In this document: one piece after another, positions 49,301-58,324 of the stretch | Numbering within the stretch: the stretch's first letter is position 1 | Layout: every line of letters starts with the position of its first letter | NCBI GenBank assembly: GCA_964474085.1 | Contig: CAYYRJ010000013.1 | Coordinates: 797 to 64,796 of the forward strand | Origin: an uncultured Planctomycetales bacterium | Lineage (GTDB): Bacteria > Omnitrophota > Gorgyraeia > Zapsychrales > JANLHA01 | Reading direction: 5' to 3' | DNA: 64,000 bases | The notes under the pieces: model-generated | What the model was told of the DNA's origin: nothing | The model's database searches: none | What the model saw: only the letters and a program-made list of their open reading frames with translations | Translations under genes and position numbers: made by a program

Positions 49301-50502
49301 GGCTTGCCGTAACGTATGGCAGACAGGAAGAATTTTTGAAAAAAATGAGTCCGCAGAGGCGGAAAGATTTTTTAGTGCGTTTTATTGCCGGTTTAAGTGA
49401 AGAAAAAGATATGGTGTCCGAGGCGGCAATTGTTGCAGATGTGATTAACCAATTGCAGGATGAGCAGTTGGTTCAACCGCTGGCCGAGCTTATCAAAACA
49501 CAGTACCAAAAATTTGAGAACGATCGGCAAAAGCGTATTGTTTATGGTTTGCTTGCCGGATTATTTAGAGATAAACCTGTTTCCGCTGACAGAGAGTGGT
49601 TTGTCCAGATGGGTGAAGAATATAAATTATTGATTAGTAAAGAGTTGTCCTCTGCCCAGCTTTTTGATGCTAGCGGTGAAAATGTTCAGCGTTATGTTTT
49701 TTATGACGATAGCGATGCCAAGGCGTCTTTTGCGCATTTTATTGCCAGCTACAAGAATGATCCTAATTGGCGTACCGTTGCTTACGAGCAGTATGTTGAG
49801 GTAACTTCGGTTTATGGCCACAAGGTAACGATATTAGCCAACAAACCCAGAGATATCGAGAAAAGTAATTTTGCGGTCGATGAAGCTTTCAAGGTAAAAA
49901 ATAAAGTGCCCTCAGTTATTGCTCATCGAGGGCATAGTTATTTTTTCAATGGGACGATAGGCTATGTAACCCCGGATGTTGTTTTTGTTGGCGTAGGAGC
50001 TTGCGGAGGCGCCAAGAATGTCGGTCAGTTATTGGAAAATTCACCGCAAGCCCAGATTGCGGCAACAAGAGGGGTGGGCACGATGAGGATCAATGACCCT
50101 TTGTTTAAGCTGATTAATAATGATATTCGTACGCAAGGCTCTGTGTATTGGGAAAGTGTTTGGACAAGAGCGGAAAAACAGGCATGGAGCAAGACCAATG
50201 AATGGGGCAAGTATGTCGCGCCGCATAGAAACGTCATTGAGAGTTTTTTGAAATCGTATGATAATTTGATGCGATCTTCGGCCAGCTCGACTGTTGGTGA
50301 TTTGGCAACCAAAGGCGGGATTGATTTAAATGCTGTCGACGCGGCTTTGCGTATAAATTCGAGTACTCAAACTGCAGAGCTTGCGATTGATCCGGTATTG
50401 TTCGAGCAATACCGGGTATCGCCCGGATTTTATCCGGAGATTAAATTTATGCGTCCGGTTAAAAATGTGATAGAGTATTTAACCGCAGCGGACACAAAAT
50501 AA
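46345..50502 (+). CDS. giant secreted protein B (1385 aa). N-terminal domain paralogous to protein A. Long alpha-helical middle region. C-terminal His/Cys-containing module.
   Basis: Signal peptide. Roughly 400 aa align with protein A. Internal hydrophobic, signal-like segment (FAGILAGVQLLSALPSLSYAQD). C-terminal region with HRGHSYF...GVGACGG. Confidence 0.7.
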   Translation: MDMKKKISIFMLAVFMVQTVVPTCFAQMALESRLLPTSMGVLSNHFQPPVLSAIKIDAADPFHLEFVIDPGTSTGNGEELKGETTRLVNYFLAALTLPEKDLWVNLSPYEVDRIIPAEFGTTQMGRDLLAQDYLLKQITASLMVPTGDVGKKFWDEINRQVRAKYGQVEISVNTLNKVWIVPDKAQIIQERGVAFVSESRLKVLLESDYLAFEKNALREVDSRKEDVKQKSLNDQEKTKEILREIVLPVLEKEVNEGRNFAPLRQVYHSLILAAWYKQKIKSGLLAAVYVDQKKVAGIDSVDPQMAQGIWAQYEELFRKGVYNSVREELDPVSQEMIPRKYFMGGFGFTAIDKALVTSSGITSVHRTFAGILAGVQLLSALPSLSYAQDAANTDAAVNPGLVIEKVPAADPRSAFEQQRKDYWLNVAQSDSDRVFSRAVEFMDEPFAIEILKEAVRSENTLSLQGGVFRDAYRYLEYEKGWEFFEWLAKNYDRAGFVLASPDFAKIKSPERVLEIVARFSSVELLNFMSNTESMLRNEEMIRQMIDKSSSQRLRLIKQISQLPLKWPEIKLMAALIPMILNNEISVLQAQELTGDVDRYMKTLFSMLKNPAYASDRDAIIFRLIDSYFLSLYFYGTIYPAKWEPAAIDAYLENFSTQDLYYSWVGLVPGELYNTVFSKMIEKLKADSVNFYDLPESLFFRVNESILNTTDMQKKDLMSVLSVSDQFRLVDQLLNRFERARANKNSSVELFKAVSVFLAEINAQGFQPQGREAVEFNRLTVKHQALLNAFLVEIGKDPQAFIGEFRRVKDPGVFAKDPIVKVFSKINNFSFSGMLNFNQQTISTDKLRLDMVLLLDDLLKERLTVKDAAGIVLDKGRFLRQLNDIASRSAHFAETGINKRLGEIYMELIRNINNLHESPDAIRFKSVESFSSEYLYRVMVYGEDEVVYTTTFNGLFNRFLKAVDAEGISLDVVLDRVKDFKFRNFFRLAVTYGRQEEFLKKMSPQRRKDFLVRFIAGLSEEKDMVSEAAIVADVINQLQDEQLVQPLAELIKTQYQKFENDRQKRIVYGLLAGLFRDKPVSADREWFVQMGEEYKLLISKELSSAQLFDASGENVQRYVFYDDSDAKASFAHFIASYKNDPNWRTVAYEQYVEVTSVYGHKVTILANKPRDIEKSNFAVDEAFKVKNKVPSVIAHRGHSYFFNGTIGYVTPDVVFVGVGACGGAKNVGQLLENSPQAQIAATRGVGTMRINDPLFKLINNDIRTQGSVYWESVWTRAEKQAWSKTNEWGKYVAPHRNVIESFLKSYDNLMRSSASSTVGDLATKGGIDLNAVDAALRINSSTQTAELAIDPVLFEQYRVSPGFYPEIKFMRPVKNVIEYLTAADTK

Positions 50503-50525
50503 ACTTTTTTAAATATTATTAAAAC

Positions 50526-51704
50526 ATGGCACTTCCCGATAAATCAGGTCATTTTGGCGAGTTTGGCGGACAGTACGTTCCCGAGACGCTCATGTCCGTT
50601 TTAAATGAGTTGGAGACGACTTTTGCCAAAGCGCGGCGCGACAAAAAGTTTAAGGACGAATTTGCGTATTACCTTAAAGAGTATGCGGGTCGGCCGACGA
50701 ATTTGTATTTGGCCAAACGTTTGTCTAGCCATTTTAAAAATCTCAAAATTTATTTAAAACGCGAAGATTTGCTGCACACTGGTGCGCACAAAATTAATAA
50801 TACGCTTGGTCAAATCATTTTGGCCAAACAGATGGGCAAGACGCGGATTATTGCCGAGACCGGAGCCGGTCAACATGGCGTTGCGACAGCGACCGCCGCA
50901 GCGCTTTTTGGGTTGCAGTGTGAAATTTATATGGGCGCACAGGACATTGAGCGCCAGTCACTCAATGTGTTTCGCATGAAGCTGATGGGTGCTAAGGTTG
51001 TGCCGGTGACCAGCGGCTCGAAGACGCTCAAAGATGCAATGAATGAAGCGATACGCGATTGGGTCACGAATGTCCGCAATACATTTTATATTATCGGCTC
51101 GGTCGCGGGTCCCCATCCCTATCCTTTGATGGTCCGTGAATTTCAATCGGTCATCGGCCGCGAAGCTCGTCGGCAATTTTTCCTTAAGGAAAAGAAACTT
51201 CCCGATTACTTAGTCGCCTGTGTCGGCGGAGGCAGCAATGCGATGGGGTTGTTTCATGCTTTCTTTAAGGACAAGACCGTTAAAATTATTGGTGTCGAGG
51301 CTGCTGGACACGGGCTTAAGAGTGGACAACATTCGGCTGCGATTTGCGCTGGACAAACCGGTGTTCTTCATGGGAGCAAAAGTAAACTTTTGCAAACGCA
51401 CGATGGGCAAATCAAAATTGCACATTCGATTGCCGCCGGACTCGATTATCCTGGCGTAGGCCCTGAGCATTCTTATTATGCGCAGATTGGCCGTGCTCAG
51501 TATGTCGGCGTGACAGACAAAGAAGCGATTGGGGGACTTAAACTTCTTTCGCAGGCTGAGGGGATTATTCCCGCTTTGGAAACAAGCCACGCCATCGGCT
51601 TTTTGTCGCGTTTGGATAAGAATGCTAAGAAAAACTCGACGGTGATTGTTTGTCTTTCGGGTCGAGGGGACAAGGATGTTAATACGATGAAGGAATTGAT
51701 TTAG
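50526..51704 (+). CDS. trpB: tryptophan synthase beta chain
   Basis: [12 protein letters not shown]-lysine motif. GGGSNA motif. Confidence 0.95.
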   Translation: MALPDKSGHFGEFGGQYVPETLMSVLNELETTFAKARRDKKFKDEFAYYLKEYAGRPTNLYLAKRLSSHFKNLKIYLKREDLLHTGAHKINNTLGQIILAKQMGKTRIIAETGAGQHGVATATAAALFGLQCEIYMGAQDIERQSLNVFRMKLMGAKVVPVTSGSKTLKDAMNEAIRDWVTNVRNTFYIIGSVAGPHPYPLMVREFQSVIGREARRQFFLKEKKLPDYLVACVGGGSNAMGLFHAFFKDKTVKIIGVEAAGHGLKSGQHSAAICAGQTGVLHGSKSKLLQTHDGQIKIAHSIAAGLDYPGVGPEHSYYAQIGRAQYVGVTDKEAIGGLKLLSQAEGIIPALETSHAIGFLSRLDKNAKKNSTVIVCLSGRGDKDVNTMKELI

Positions 51705-51733
51705 GGACGCTGGACGTTGGTCGCTGGTGGCTA
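51704..51733. repeat. heptad minisatellite starting at the trpB stop codon
   Basis: (ta)gggacg ctggacg ttggtcg ctggtgg ctag. Confidence 0.55.
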
Positions 51734-51743
51734 GAGAGAAAAG

Positions 51744-52529
51744 ATGAACCGTATCGATAAAAAATTCAGTGAGTTAAAGCGTCAAGGCAAGAGTGCGTTT
51801 ATTGCTTTTATTACCGCCGGAGACCCGGATTTAAAGACGACGGTCGAACTCGTACTGGCTTTTGAAAAGGCCGGTGTGGACATTGTCGAGCTGGGTGTCC
51901 CGTTTTCGGATCCGCTGGCGGATGGCCCGACGATACAGGCCGCGTCAGAACGGGCTTTGCATAGTGGCGCAACGCTGCCTAAAATTTTTGAAGCGGTTAA
52001 AGAAATCCGCAAAGTTTCTGATATTCCGTTGGCTTTAATGACGTATTACAATCCGGTTTTTCATTTTGGCGAAAAGCATTTTGTTGACTCTGCAAAGTCT
52101 GCCGGCGTTGATGGGGTCATTGTGCCGGACTTGCCCCCGCAAGAAGCCAAAGACTTGATGGCCTTAAGCCGCAAGGCGGATCTTTCTACCATATTCTTTC
52201 TTTCTCCGACGACAAAAGATGAGCGGATCCCAGGCATTGCGCAGGCCTCGACGGGTTTTATTTATTATGTGTCTTTGACTGGTGTCACGGGAACAGCGCA
52301 AGGTTTGCCCAAGGATATTATGGCGCGGATTCAAAAAGCGAAAGCGACGACAACAAAGCCGGTGTGTGTCGGTTTTGGCGTTTCAACGGCGCAGCAGGTC
52401 AAGATGATTTCGCAAATTGCCGACGGAGTTATTGTCGGCAGTGCGATTGTCAAAGAAATCGACAAGCATCGCGGACAAAAAGATTTGGTTTCACAGGTTG
52501 CGGGGTTTGTAAAAAAGTTACGTTATTGA
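51744..52529 (+). CDS. trpA: tryptophan synthase alpha chain
   Basis: ELGVPFSDPLADGP motif. Confidence 0.95.
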   Translation: MNRIDKKFSELKRQGKSAFIAFITAGDPDLKTTVELVLAFEKAGVDIVELGVPFSDPLADGPTIQAASERALHSGATLPKIFEAVKEIRKVSDIPLALMTYYNPVFHFGEKHFVDSAKSAGVDGVIVPDLPPQEAKDLMALSRKADLSTIFFLSPTTKDERIPGIAQASTGFIYYVSLTGVTGTAQGLPKDIMARIQKAKATTTKPVCVGFGVSTAQQVKMISQIADGVIVGSAIVKEIDKHRGQKDLVSQVAGFVKKLRY

Positions 52530-52594
52530 GAGAACTTCCCTTCATCTTCTCTTTAATTACAGGCTGGGTTAGATTAAGGGGCAATTTGAAAAGT

Positions 52595-52677
52595 GGATTC
52601 CCGCTTTCGCGGGAATGACAAAATTTTCGCGGGAATGACAAAAGAAGTAGTGTCATCCCTGCGAAAGCAGGGATCCA
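52595..52677. repeat. composite hairpin repeat (two direct CGCGGGAATGACAAAA copies plus an inverted TGTCATCCCTGCGAAAGCAGGGATCC copy)
   Basis: Read directly from the sequence. Lies downstream of trpA. Confidence 0.55.
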
Positions 52678-52822
52678 AGGCTTAATTGATGTATGATTTA
52701 ATAATTTTATGTTCTCGACGACAATCGATAATTCATCGTCGAAAAATATCATTAAATTTCTTCCCATCTGACTCAGTCTGCTAAAAAGTGGGTAGGGGGA
52801 GTTAAGATAGAAAGGTATTTTT

Positions 52823-54091
52823 ATGTACCAAAAAACCACATTAGATCATGGACTGAGAATCGTCACCCACGATATGCGCGAGCGTGAAAGTGTTGCCTTA
52901 GGATTTTGGGTAGGCACCGGCGGGCGTTATGAAGTTGACCGGATCAAGGGCGCGGCGCACTTTTTGGAACACATGGCTTTTAAGGGCAGCGCCAAATATT
53001 CATGCGAAGAGGTAAAAACACTGATCGAAGGGGTTGGCGGATCAGTCAATGCTTTTACCAGCGAAGAGCAGACATGCTTTTATGCCAAGTTTCCCGCTTT
53101 GCATGTGGAACGCATTTTTGATGTTTTAAGCGATATTGTTTTTAAGCCGTCGATTAACCAGAAGGATGTTCAGAAGGAAAGCACCGTCATCGTCGAAGAA
53201 ATCAAAATGTACCATGATTTGCCGCAGTATTATGTGTATGAGCTTTTAGACGAATTGATGTGGCCCAACCATCCTTTGGGAAAAAGTCTGGCCGGTAGCG
53301 CCGAAACGGTTTCAGCCATGACGAGCGCGGATTTAAAAAGTTTTCATAAAGAGCATTATCATGCCGGAAATATTGTGATTGCCGCCGCTGGCAAAATCAG
53401 CCATCAGCACATCCGTGATTTAGTGGAAAAGAAATTTTCTAAAACCCCAGGTGGTTTGCCGCCGGAATTTGTCGAAGCCGACAATTCGCAAAAAAAACCA
53501 AAGATCAAGGTTTTTAAAAAGCCGACCGAGCAAATGCATTTGGCCTTAGGGATGCTCGGGCTTGAAAATGACCATAAGGATAAATATGCGCTTAATCTGC
53601 TTAATATCATTTTAGGCGGGAATATGTCCAGCCGGCTGTTTGACGAGGTGCGCGAAAAAAGGGGATTGGCGTATTCGATCGGTTCATCGGTTAAGTATTT
53701 GAAAGATACAGGGCTTCTGATGGTCCGCGCGGGTGTGGACAATGCCAAGCTCGTTGACGCTGTGGATGTGGTTTTGAAGGAATTGGCCAAGATCAAGCGC
53801 AGTGGCGTTAGGCTTGATGAAATCAAACGGGCCAAAGATTTTTATTTAGGGCAGGTTCTTTTGGCGCTTGAGGACACGATGGACCATATGCTCTGGATTG
53901 GCGAATCAACGCTGACGCGGGATAAGATGCGCACGATTCAAGAGGTCATTAAGTTAGTTAAAGGGGTCATGGTTGAGGATATTAAGCGTGTAGCTGGGGT
54001 CATTTTAGACAGCCGGCGATACAATTTTGCCGTCGTAGGCCCCGTCAATGACGCCCAGGAAAAGCAGCTTAACCGCTTGCTGGGAATATAG
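52823..54091 (+). CDS. M16-family zinc peptidase (insulinase-like)
   Basis: HFLEHMAFKG inverted zinc motif (HxxEH). Confidence 0.85.
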   Translation: MYQKTTLDHGLRIVTHDMRERESVALGFWVGTGGRYEVDRIKGAAHFLEHMAFKGSAKYSCEEVKTLIEGVGGSVNAFTSEEQTCFYAKFPALHVERIFDVLSDIVFKPSINQKDVQKESTVIVEEIKMYHDLPQYYVYELLDELMWPNHPLGKSLAGSAETVSAMTSADLKSFHKEHYHAGNIVIAAAGKISHQHIRDLVEKKFSKTPGGLPPEFVEADNSQKKPKIKVFKKPTEQMHLALGMLGLENDHKDKYALNLLNIILGGNMSSRLFDEVREKRGLAYSIGSSVKYLKDTGLLMVRAGVDNAKLVDAVDVVLKELAKIKRSGVRLDEIKRAKDFYLGQVLLALEDTMDHMLWIGESTLTRDKMRTIQEVIKLVKGVMVEDIKRVAGVILDSRRYNFAVVGPVNDAQEKQLNRLLGI

Positions 54092-54112
54092 AAAACAAGT
54101 TCGAATTTTGAA

Positions 54113-54141
54113 TTGACAAGCTAAGGTTTCTTCGGTACACT
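54113..54141 (+). promoter_or_regulatory. candidate promoter for the small ORF and rsfS
   Basis: TTGACA, then a 17-nt spacer, then TACACT. Confidence 0.35.
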
Positions 54142-54186
54142 TACCCTACTCTGAAGGTTAGTAAACCAAAAAAATGGAGGAAGCAA

Positions 54187-54360
54187 ATGGAAAAGTTATC
54201 TTTTTATGATGTGAAGACGAAGTCAAAATTTGATTCTACTGAATACACGGTCAAAGAGAAGTCTGGCAGATTTTTTGCGGTTACCAAGTCCCCCAAAGGC
54301 ACCCATGAGTGCTGGAGAGTTTTAGGCAAGGATCAGGCCGCTCAACTGAAAAAAAAGTAA
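54187..54360 (+). CDS. small hypothetical protein (57 aa), not in the supplied ORF track
   Basis: ATG 54187 with GGAGG-type RBS (aaaaatggaggaagcaaATG). TAA stop at 54358. Lys-rich. Confidence 0.35.
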   Translation: MEKLSFYDVKTKSKFDSTEYTVKEKSGRFFAVTKSPKGTHECWRVLGKDQAAQLKKK

Positions 54361-54432
54361 GTTCGAAAAAGTGATATCTCTCTTAGGCGATAGCGCTATA
54401 AGAGGGATCAATGAAAGATCAGGCTTTAGATT

Positions 54433-54810
54433 TTGGAAGCAAAGCGAACAACTAAAAAAACGCCTCAAACATCCTTGCAGTTAGCTAAATCAGCCGCTGT
54501 GTTTGCGTCGGAAAAGAAGGCAGAAAATATCGCGATTCTGGATATGCGCGACGTGGTTAATTTCTGCGATTTTTTTGTCATTGCCAGCGGGACGTCAACG
54601 CGTCACGCTCAATCGATTGCCGAAGGCGTGATTGAAGGATTTCAGGGCGTTGGCGCTAAGGTCAGCCGCAAAGAAGGTTTTAAAGAAGGGGTATGGGTTT
54701 TGGTTGATTTTGGAAATGTGGTTGTGCATGTTTTCGAAAAAGAAACCCGTGAGTTTTATGGCTTAGACCATCTTTGGCAGGACGCTAAGATCGTTAATTA
54801 CAAACGCTAA
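54433..54810 (+). CDS. rsfS: ribosomal silencing factor RsfS (Iojap family)
   Basis: IAILDMRDV...CDFFVIASGTSTRH block typical of RsfS. Confidence 0.85.
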   Translation: MEAKRTTKKTPQTSLQLAKSAAVFASEKKAENIAILDMRDVVNFCDFFVIASGTSTRHAQSIAEGVIEGFQGVGAKVSRKEGFKEGVWVLVDFGNVVVHVFEKETREFYGLDHLWQDAKIVNYKR

Positions 54811-54890
54811 AGCTTGTTGAAAAAATCTTCGTTTAAAACTTTGGGCTCTCATCCTTCGTTTTCTAAAAGGCGAGAGCCCAATTCTCTTAT

Positions 54891-56564
54891 ATGTTCATTT
54901 CTTTACGTAAACAACTTGTCTGTGTCATCGAAAAGTCTTTAAGTCCTTTTTTTGATGGCGTCGCTTTGCCGGTGGTTGAGATGGATGTACCATCGGAAAA
55001 GACGCACGGGGATTTTTCGACGAACATTGCGCTAAAGTCGGTCAAGCTGCTTAAACGTCCGCCGATGGATGTTGCCGCATCTTTTCGCGACGCGATTTTT
55101 GCGGGCCTAAAAGAGGCTGGCTTAAAGGACAAGATTGCCGCAATCGAAGTTTTAAAGCCCGGGTTTATCAATTTCTTTCTTTCGACGAGTGCAGTTTGCG
55201 AGATTTTGGAGCAAACCTTGGTCCAAAAAGATCATTATGGCCAAAGTGATTTTGGGCAGAGTCGCAAGATCAATATCGAGTTTGTGAGCGCTAATCCGAC
55301 GGGGCCTTTGAGTGTCGCGCATGCGCGTCAGGCGGCTGTGGGAGATGCGTTGGCTAATATTTTTAATTTTATCGGCTTTAAAGCCACGAAGGAATATTAC
55401 GTCAACGATGAGGGCAATCAGATTAATATTTTGGGCCGGTCGGTTTTTTTACGGGCGCTTGACCGTTTGGGTGAAAAAGAGGAGTTTCCTCAGGATTGTT
55501 ATCAGGGCGACTATATTTTTGAAATGGCGGATGCTTTTATTGCCCAACAGAAGATCACGACGGCCGGTGAGCTTAAGGGCTTGCCGTTTAGTGAAGTTAG
55601 GCAATTTGCCGTCGATTACTTGATGGAGGTTATTGGTCAGGAGCTAAAAGATTTTGGCGTGCATTTTGACGTCTGGTCGCATCAAAGCAAGATTGCCGGG
55701 CAAGAGCAGATCAAAACAACAATGGCCGATTTGCAGGCGCAGGGACATATTTTTGAGCAGGAAGGCGCCCTATGGTTTAAAACAACGGCCTATGGGGATG
55801 ACAAAGACCGCGTGGTCCAAAAAAGCGACGGCAGCTATACGTATTTTATGCCTGACATTGTGTATCATCAGGACAAATTCCGTCGGGGATTTGAAAAAGT
55901 TTTTAACCTCTGGGGCCCGGACCATCATGGCTACATTCCGCGGCTGACCGCCGCTGTGCAGGCTTTGGGAAAACCTAAAGATGCTTTGCGAGTTTTGATT
56001 GTCCAGCTGGCGACCTTGTTTCGCGACGGAGAAGAAGTGCAGATGTCCACCCGGCGGGGGCAATATATTACGCTGCGGGAAGTTATTGAAGAGGTTGGTG
56101 TGGATGCGGCGCGGTTTTTCTTTTTGATGCGGTTGGTCGACGCGCATTTGGATTTTGATCTGGAACTCGCCAAAAAAGAAACGCCCGAAAATCCGGTCTA
56201 TTACATTCAATATGCCCATGCGCGGACGTATTCCATTGAGGACAAAGCCAAAGAAGCCGGACTTTTTGCCAAGTCAAACGGGTTTAAACTTTTGCAGGAA
56301 CCACAGGAACTGGAGCTTTTGAAAAAAATCGGTCATTTCCCGACGACACTTTTGTTTTGCTGGCGGCAGGCTGATGTCTTTGCTCTTGTCAATTATTTGC
56401 AGGAATTAGCCGCTGTGTTTCACCGGTTTTATGACCGCCATCGGGTGGTTGATGTCGAAAAACCAGAGCTTTCCGCCGAGCGTTTGGCTTTGGTTAATGC
56501 CAGCCGTATTGTGATTGCCAACGGTTTGAGGTTATTAGGAGTCAGTACACCGCAGAAAATGTGA
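54891..56564 (+). CDS. argS: arginyl-tRNA synthetase
   Basis: 557 aa. Class I HIGH-like SANPTGPLSVAHAR motif. QMSTRRG (KMSKS-like) motif. Confidence 0.95.
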   Translation: MFISLRKQLVCVIEKSLSPFFDGVALPVVEMDVPSEKTHGDFSTNIALKSVKLLKRPPMDVAASFRDAIFAGLKEAGLKDKIAAIEVLKPGFINFFLSTSAVCEILEQTLVQKDHYGQSDFGQSRKINIEFVSANPTGPLSVAHARQAAVGDALANIFNFIGFKATKEYYVNDEGNQINILGRSVFLRALDRLGEKEEFPQDCYQGDYIFEMADAFIAQQKITTAGELKGLPFSEVRQFAVDYLMEVIGQELKDFGVHFDVWSHQSKIAGQEQIKTTMADLQAQGHIFEQEGALWFKTTAYGDDKDRVVQKSDGSYTYFMPDIVYHQDKFRRGFEKVFNLWGPDHHGYIPRLTAAVQALGKPKDALRVLIVQLATLFRDGEEVQMSTRRGQYITLREVIEEVGVDAARFFFLMRLVDAHLDFDLELAKKETPENPVYYIQYAHARTYSIEDKAKEAGLFAKSNGFKLLQEPQELELLKKIGHFPTTLLFCWRQADVFALVNYLQELAAVFHRFYDRHRVVDVEKPELSAERLALVNASRIVIANGLRLLGVSTPQKM

Positions 56565-56568
56565 GTTC

Positions 56569-58272
56569 ATGCCCGCACTTCTTACCCAAAAATTTTGGCA
56601 AGTTCGCAACCCTGATCCCTTTCTCCAAGTTTATTTAAGCAATGCTTTAAAAGTCCATCCACTGATCGCCCAGGTGCTGGCCAATCGTGGGATTACCAGC
56701 GCCGATGAGGGAAAAGAGTTTTTGTCCGCTGACTTAAACACTTTGCATGACCCTTTTCTTCTTAAAGATATGGACCGGGCTGTTTTGCGGATCCGGCAAG
56801 CGAAAGAGAACAAGGAAAAAGTTTTGGTTTTTGGCGATTATGACGTCGATGGGGTCACGTCGTCTGCCCTTTTGTATAAAATTTTTACCCGCTTAGGAAT
56901 TGCGGTGAGCAATCACATTCCGCATCGTATGTCCGACGGTTATGGCTTGAATGATTCGATCGGCCAAATTGCCAAAGAGGCGGGGATCAAACTTTTAATT
57001 GCCGTCGATTGCGGGATTACCGCAATTCGTGAAGTCGCACTTTTAAATGCGCTAGGCATTGACGTTATTATTCTGGACCATCACGAGCCGTCGGTGGAAG
57101 GTCTGCCTGCGGCATTTGCGATTGTGGATCCCAAACGCCATGATTGCAGTTATCCGTTTAAACATTTAGCTTCCGTCGGGCTGGTTGCAAAACTTTCGCA
57201 GGCACTTTTTGGAAAAGTCCCGGAAGAATACTTGGATTTGATTGCGCTGGGCACGATTGCGGATGTGGTGCCACTGCGTGGGGAAAACCGGATTTTTGTC
57301 AAAAACGGAATGCCGAAGTTAGGCGAAACCAAAAATTTTGGTCTTGCCGCTTTAATCGACGGCGCTAAGATCCGCGGCAAAAAGTTTAGGCCTCATTATG
57401 TTGGTTTTATTTTAGGCCCGCGCATTAATGCGACGGGGCGCATGGGCTCGGCTCACAAATCTCTTGAGCTTCTTTTGTCGTGCGATGGGCCGACGGCTTT
57501 TGGTTTGGCGCAAGAGCTTGAAGAATTTAACAGCGAACGTCAGCGACTTCAAAAGCAAGTTGTCGAAGAAGCGATGCAGATGATCGAACAGGAAATCAAT
57601 TTTAAAGAACATAAAGTGATTGTCTTATGCCAACAAGGTTGGCACAAAGGCGTTTTGGGCATTGTTGCTTCGCGTGTGGCCGAAACGTATTATCGGCCGA
57701 CGATTATTATTTCGCTGGAAAATGGCGTCGGGACAGCGTCCGCGCGGTCGATTGAAGGCTTTCACTTAAATGAAGCGCTTGAGCATTGCTCGGAGATTTT
57801 AGTGACCTTTGGCGGACACAAACTTGCCGCTGGCCTAACGATTAAAGAGGAACATGTCGAGAATTTTAGACGTAAGATCAACGATTTTGCCAAAGATATT
57901 TTGGAAATCCGCAATATGATTCCCACCATCTCCATTGACGCAGAAGTTTCGCTCTCTTCGCTGAGCTTGGAAGTCGCCCAGCTGATTGAAAGTTTAGAGC
58001 CCTACGGCGAGGGCAATGCGACCCCGGTGTTTTGTTCTCGCCAGCTGGTGGTCAAAAGTCCGCCGAGCTTGATGGGCAAGGACACGATTAAATTTTGGGT
58101 AAGCGACGGGCAAAGCAGCATTTCGGCGGTGGGTTTTGGCATGGCCAAGTACGCGGATTTAGTCCGTCCCGGCGCCCAAGTCGACCTTGCCTATGAATTG
58201 ACCATTGATGATTGGAACAAAAGCCCCGTGCCACAGCTAAAGCTCAAGGACATTCGCGAGAGCGGGGGGTAG
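56569..58272 (+). CDS. recJ: single-stranded-DNA-specific exonuclease RecJ
   Basis: DHH motifs (VFGDYDVDGVTS, DHH at ILDHHEP). DHHA1 GGH motif. 567 aa. Confidence 0.9.
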   Translation: MPALLTQKFWQVRNPDPFLQVYLSNALKVHPLIAQVLANRGITSADEGKEFLSADLNTLHDPFLLKDMDRAVLRIRQAKENKEKVLVFGDYDVDGVTSSALLYKIFTRLGIAVSNHIPHRMSDGYGLNDSIGQIAKEAGIKLLIAVDCGITAIREVALLNALGIDVIILDHHEPSVEGLPAAFAIVDPKRHDCSYPFKHLASVGLVAKLSQALFGKVPEEYLDLIALGTIADVVPLRGENRIFVKNGMPKLGETKNFGLAALIDGAKIRGKKFRPHYVGFILGPRINATGRMGSAHKSLELLLSCDGPTAFGLAQELEEFNSERQRLQKQVVEEAMQMIEQEINFKEHKVIVLCQQGWHKGVLGIVASRVAETYYRPTIIISLENGVGTASARSIEGFHLNEALEHCSEILVTFGGHKLAAGLTIKEEHVENFRRKINDFAKDILEIRNMIPTISIDAEVSLSSLSLEVAQLIESLEPYGEGNATPVFCSRQLVVKSPPSLMGKDTIKFWVSDGQSSISAVGFGMAKYADLVRPGAQVDLAYELTIDDWNKSPVPQLKLKDIRESGG

Positions 58273-58287
58273 GATCTTTAAAATTCT

Positions 58288-58313
58288 GTAGGGGCGTATT
58301 GCCATACGCCCTT
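58288..58313. repeat. REP element (GTAG-headed palindrome, ttgcca-centre variant)
   Basis: gtaggggcgtattgccatacgccctt. 8-bp stem gggcgtat/atacgccc. Confidence 0.75.
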
Positions 58314-58324
58314 CTTCAAAAGCT

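Noticed and set aside
54843-54880. Hairpin gggctctc...gagagccc between rsfS and argS as a T-box or terminator
   Set aside because: The loop is long (about 22 nt) and not followed by a clear T-tract. No T-box specifier or antiterminator sequence is recognisable. I left it unannotated.
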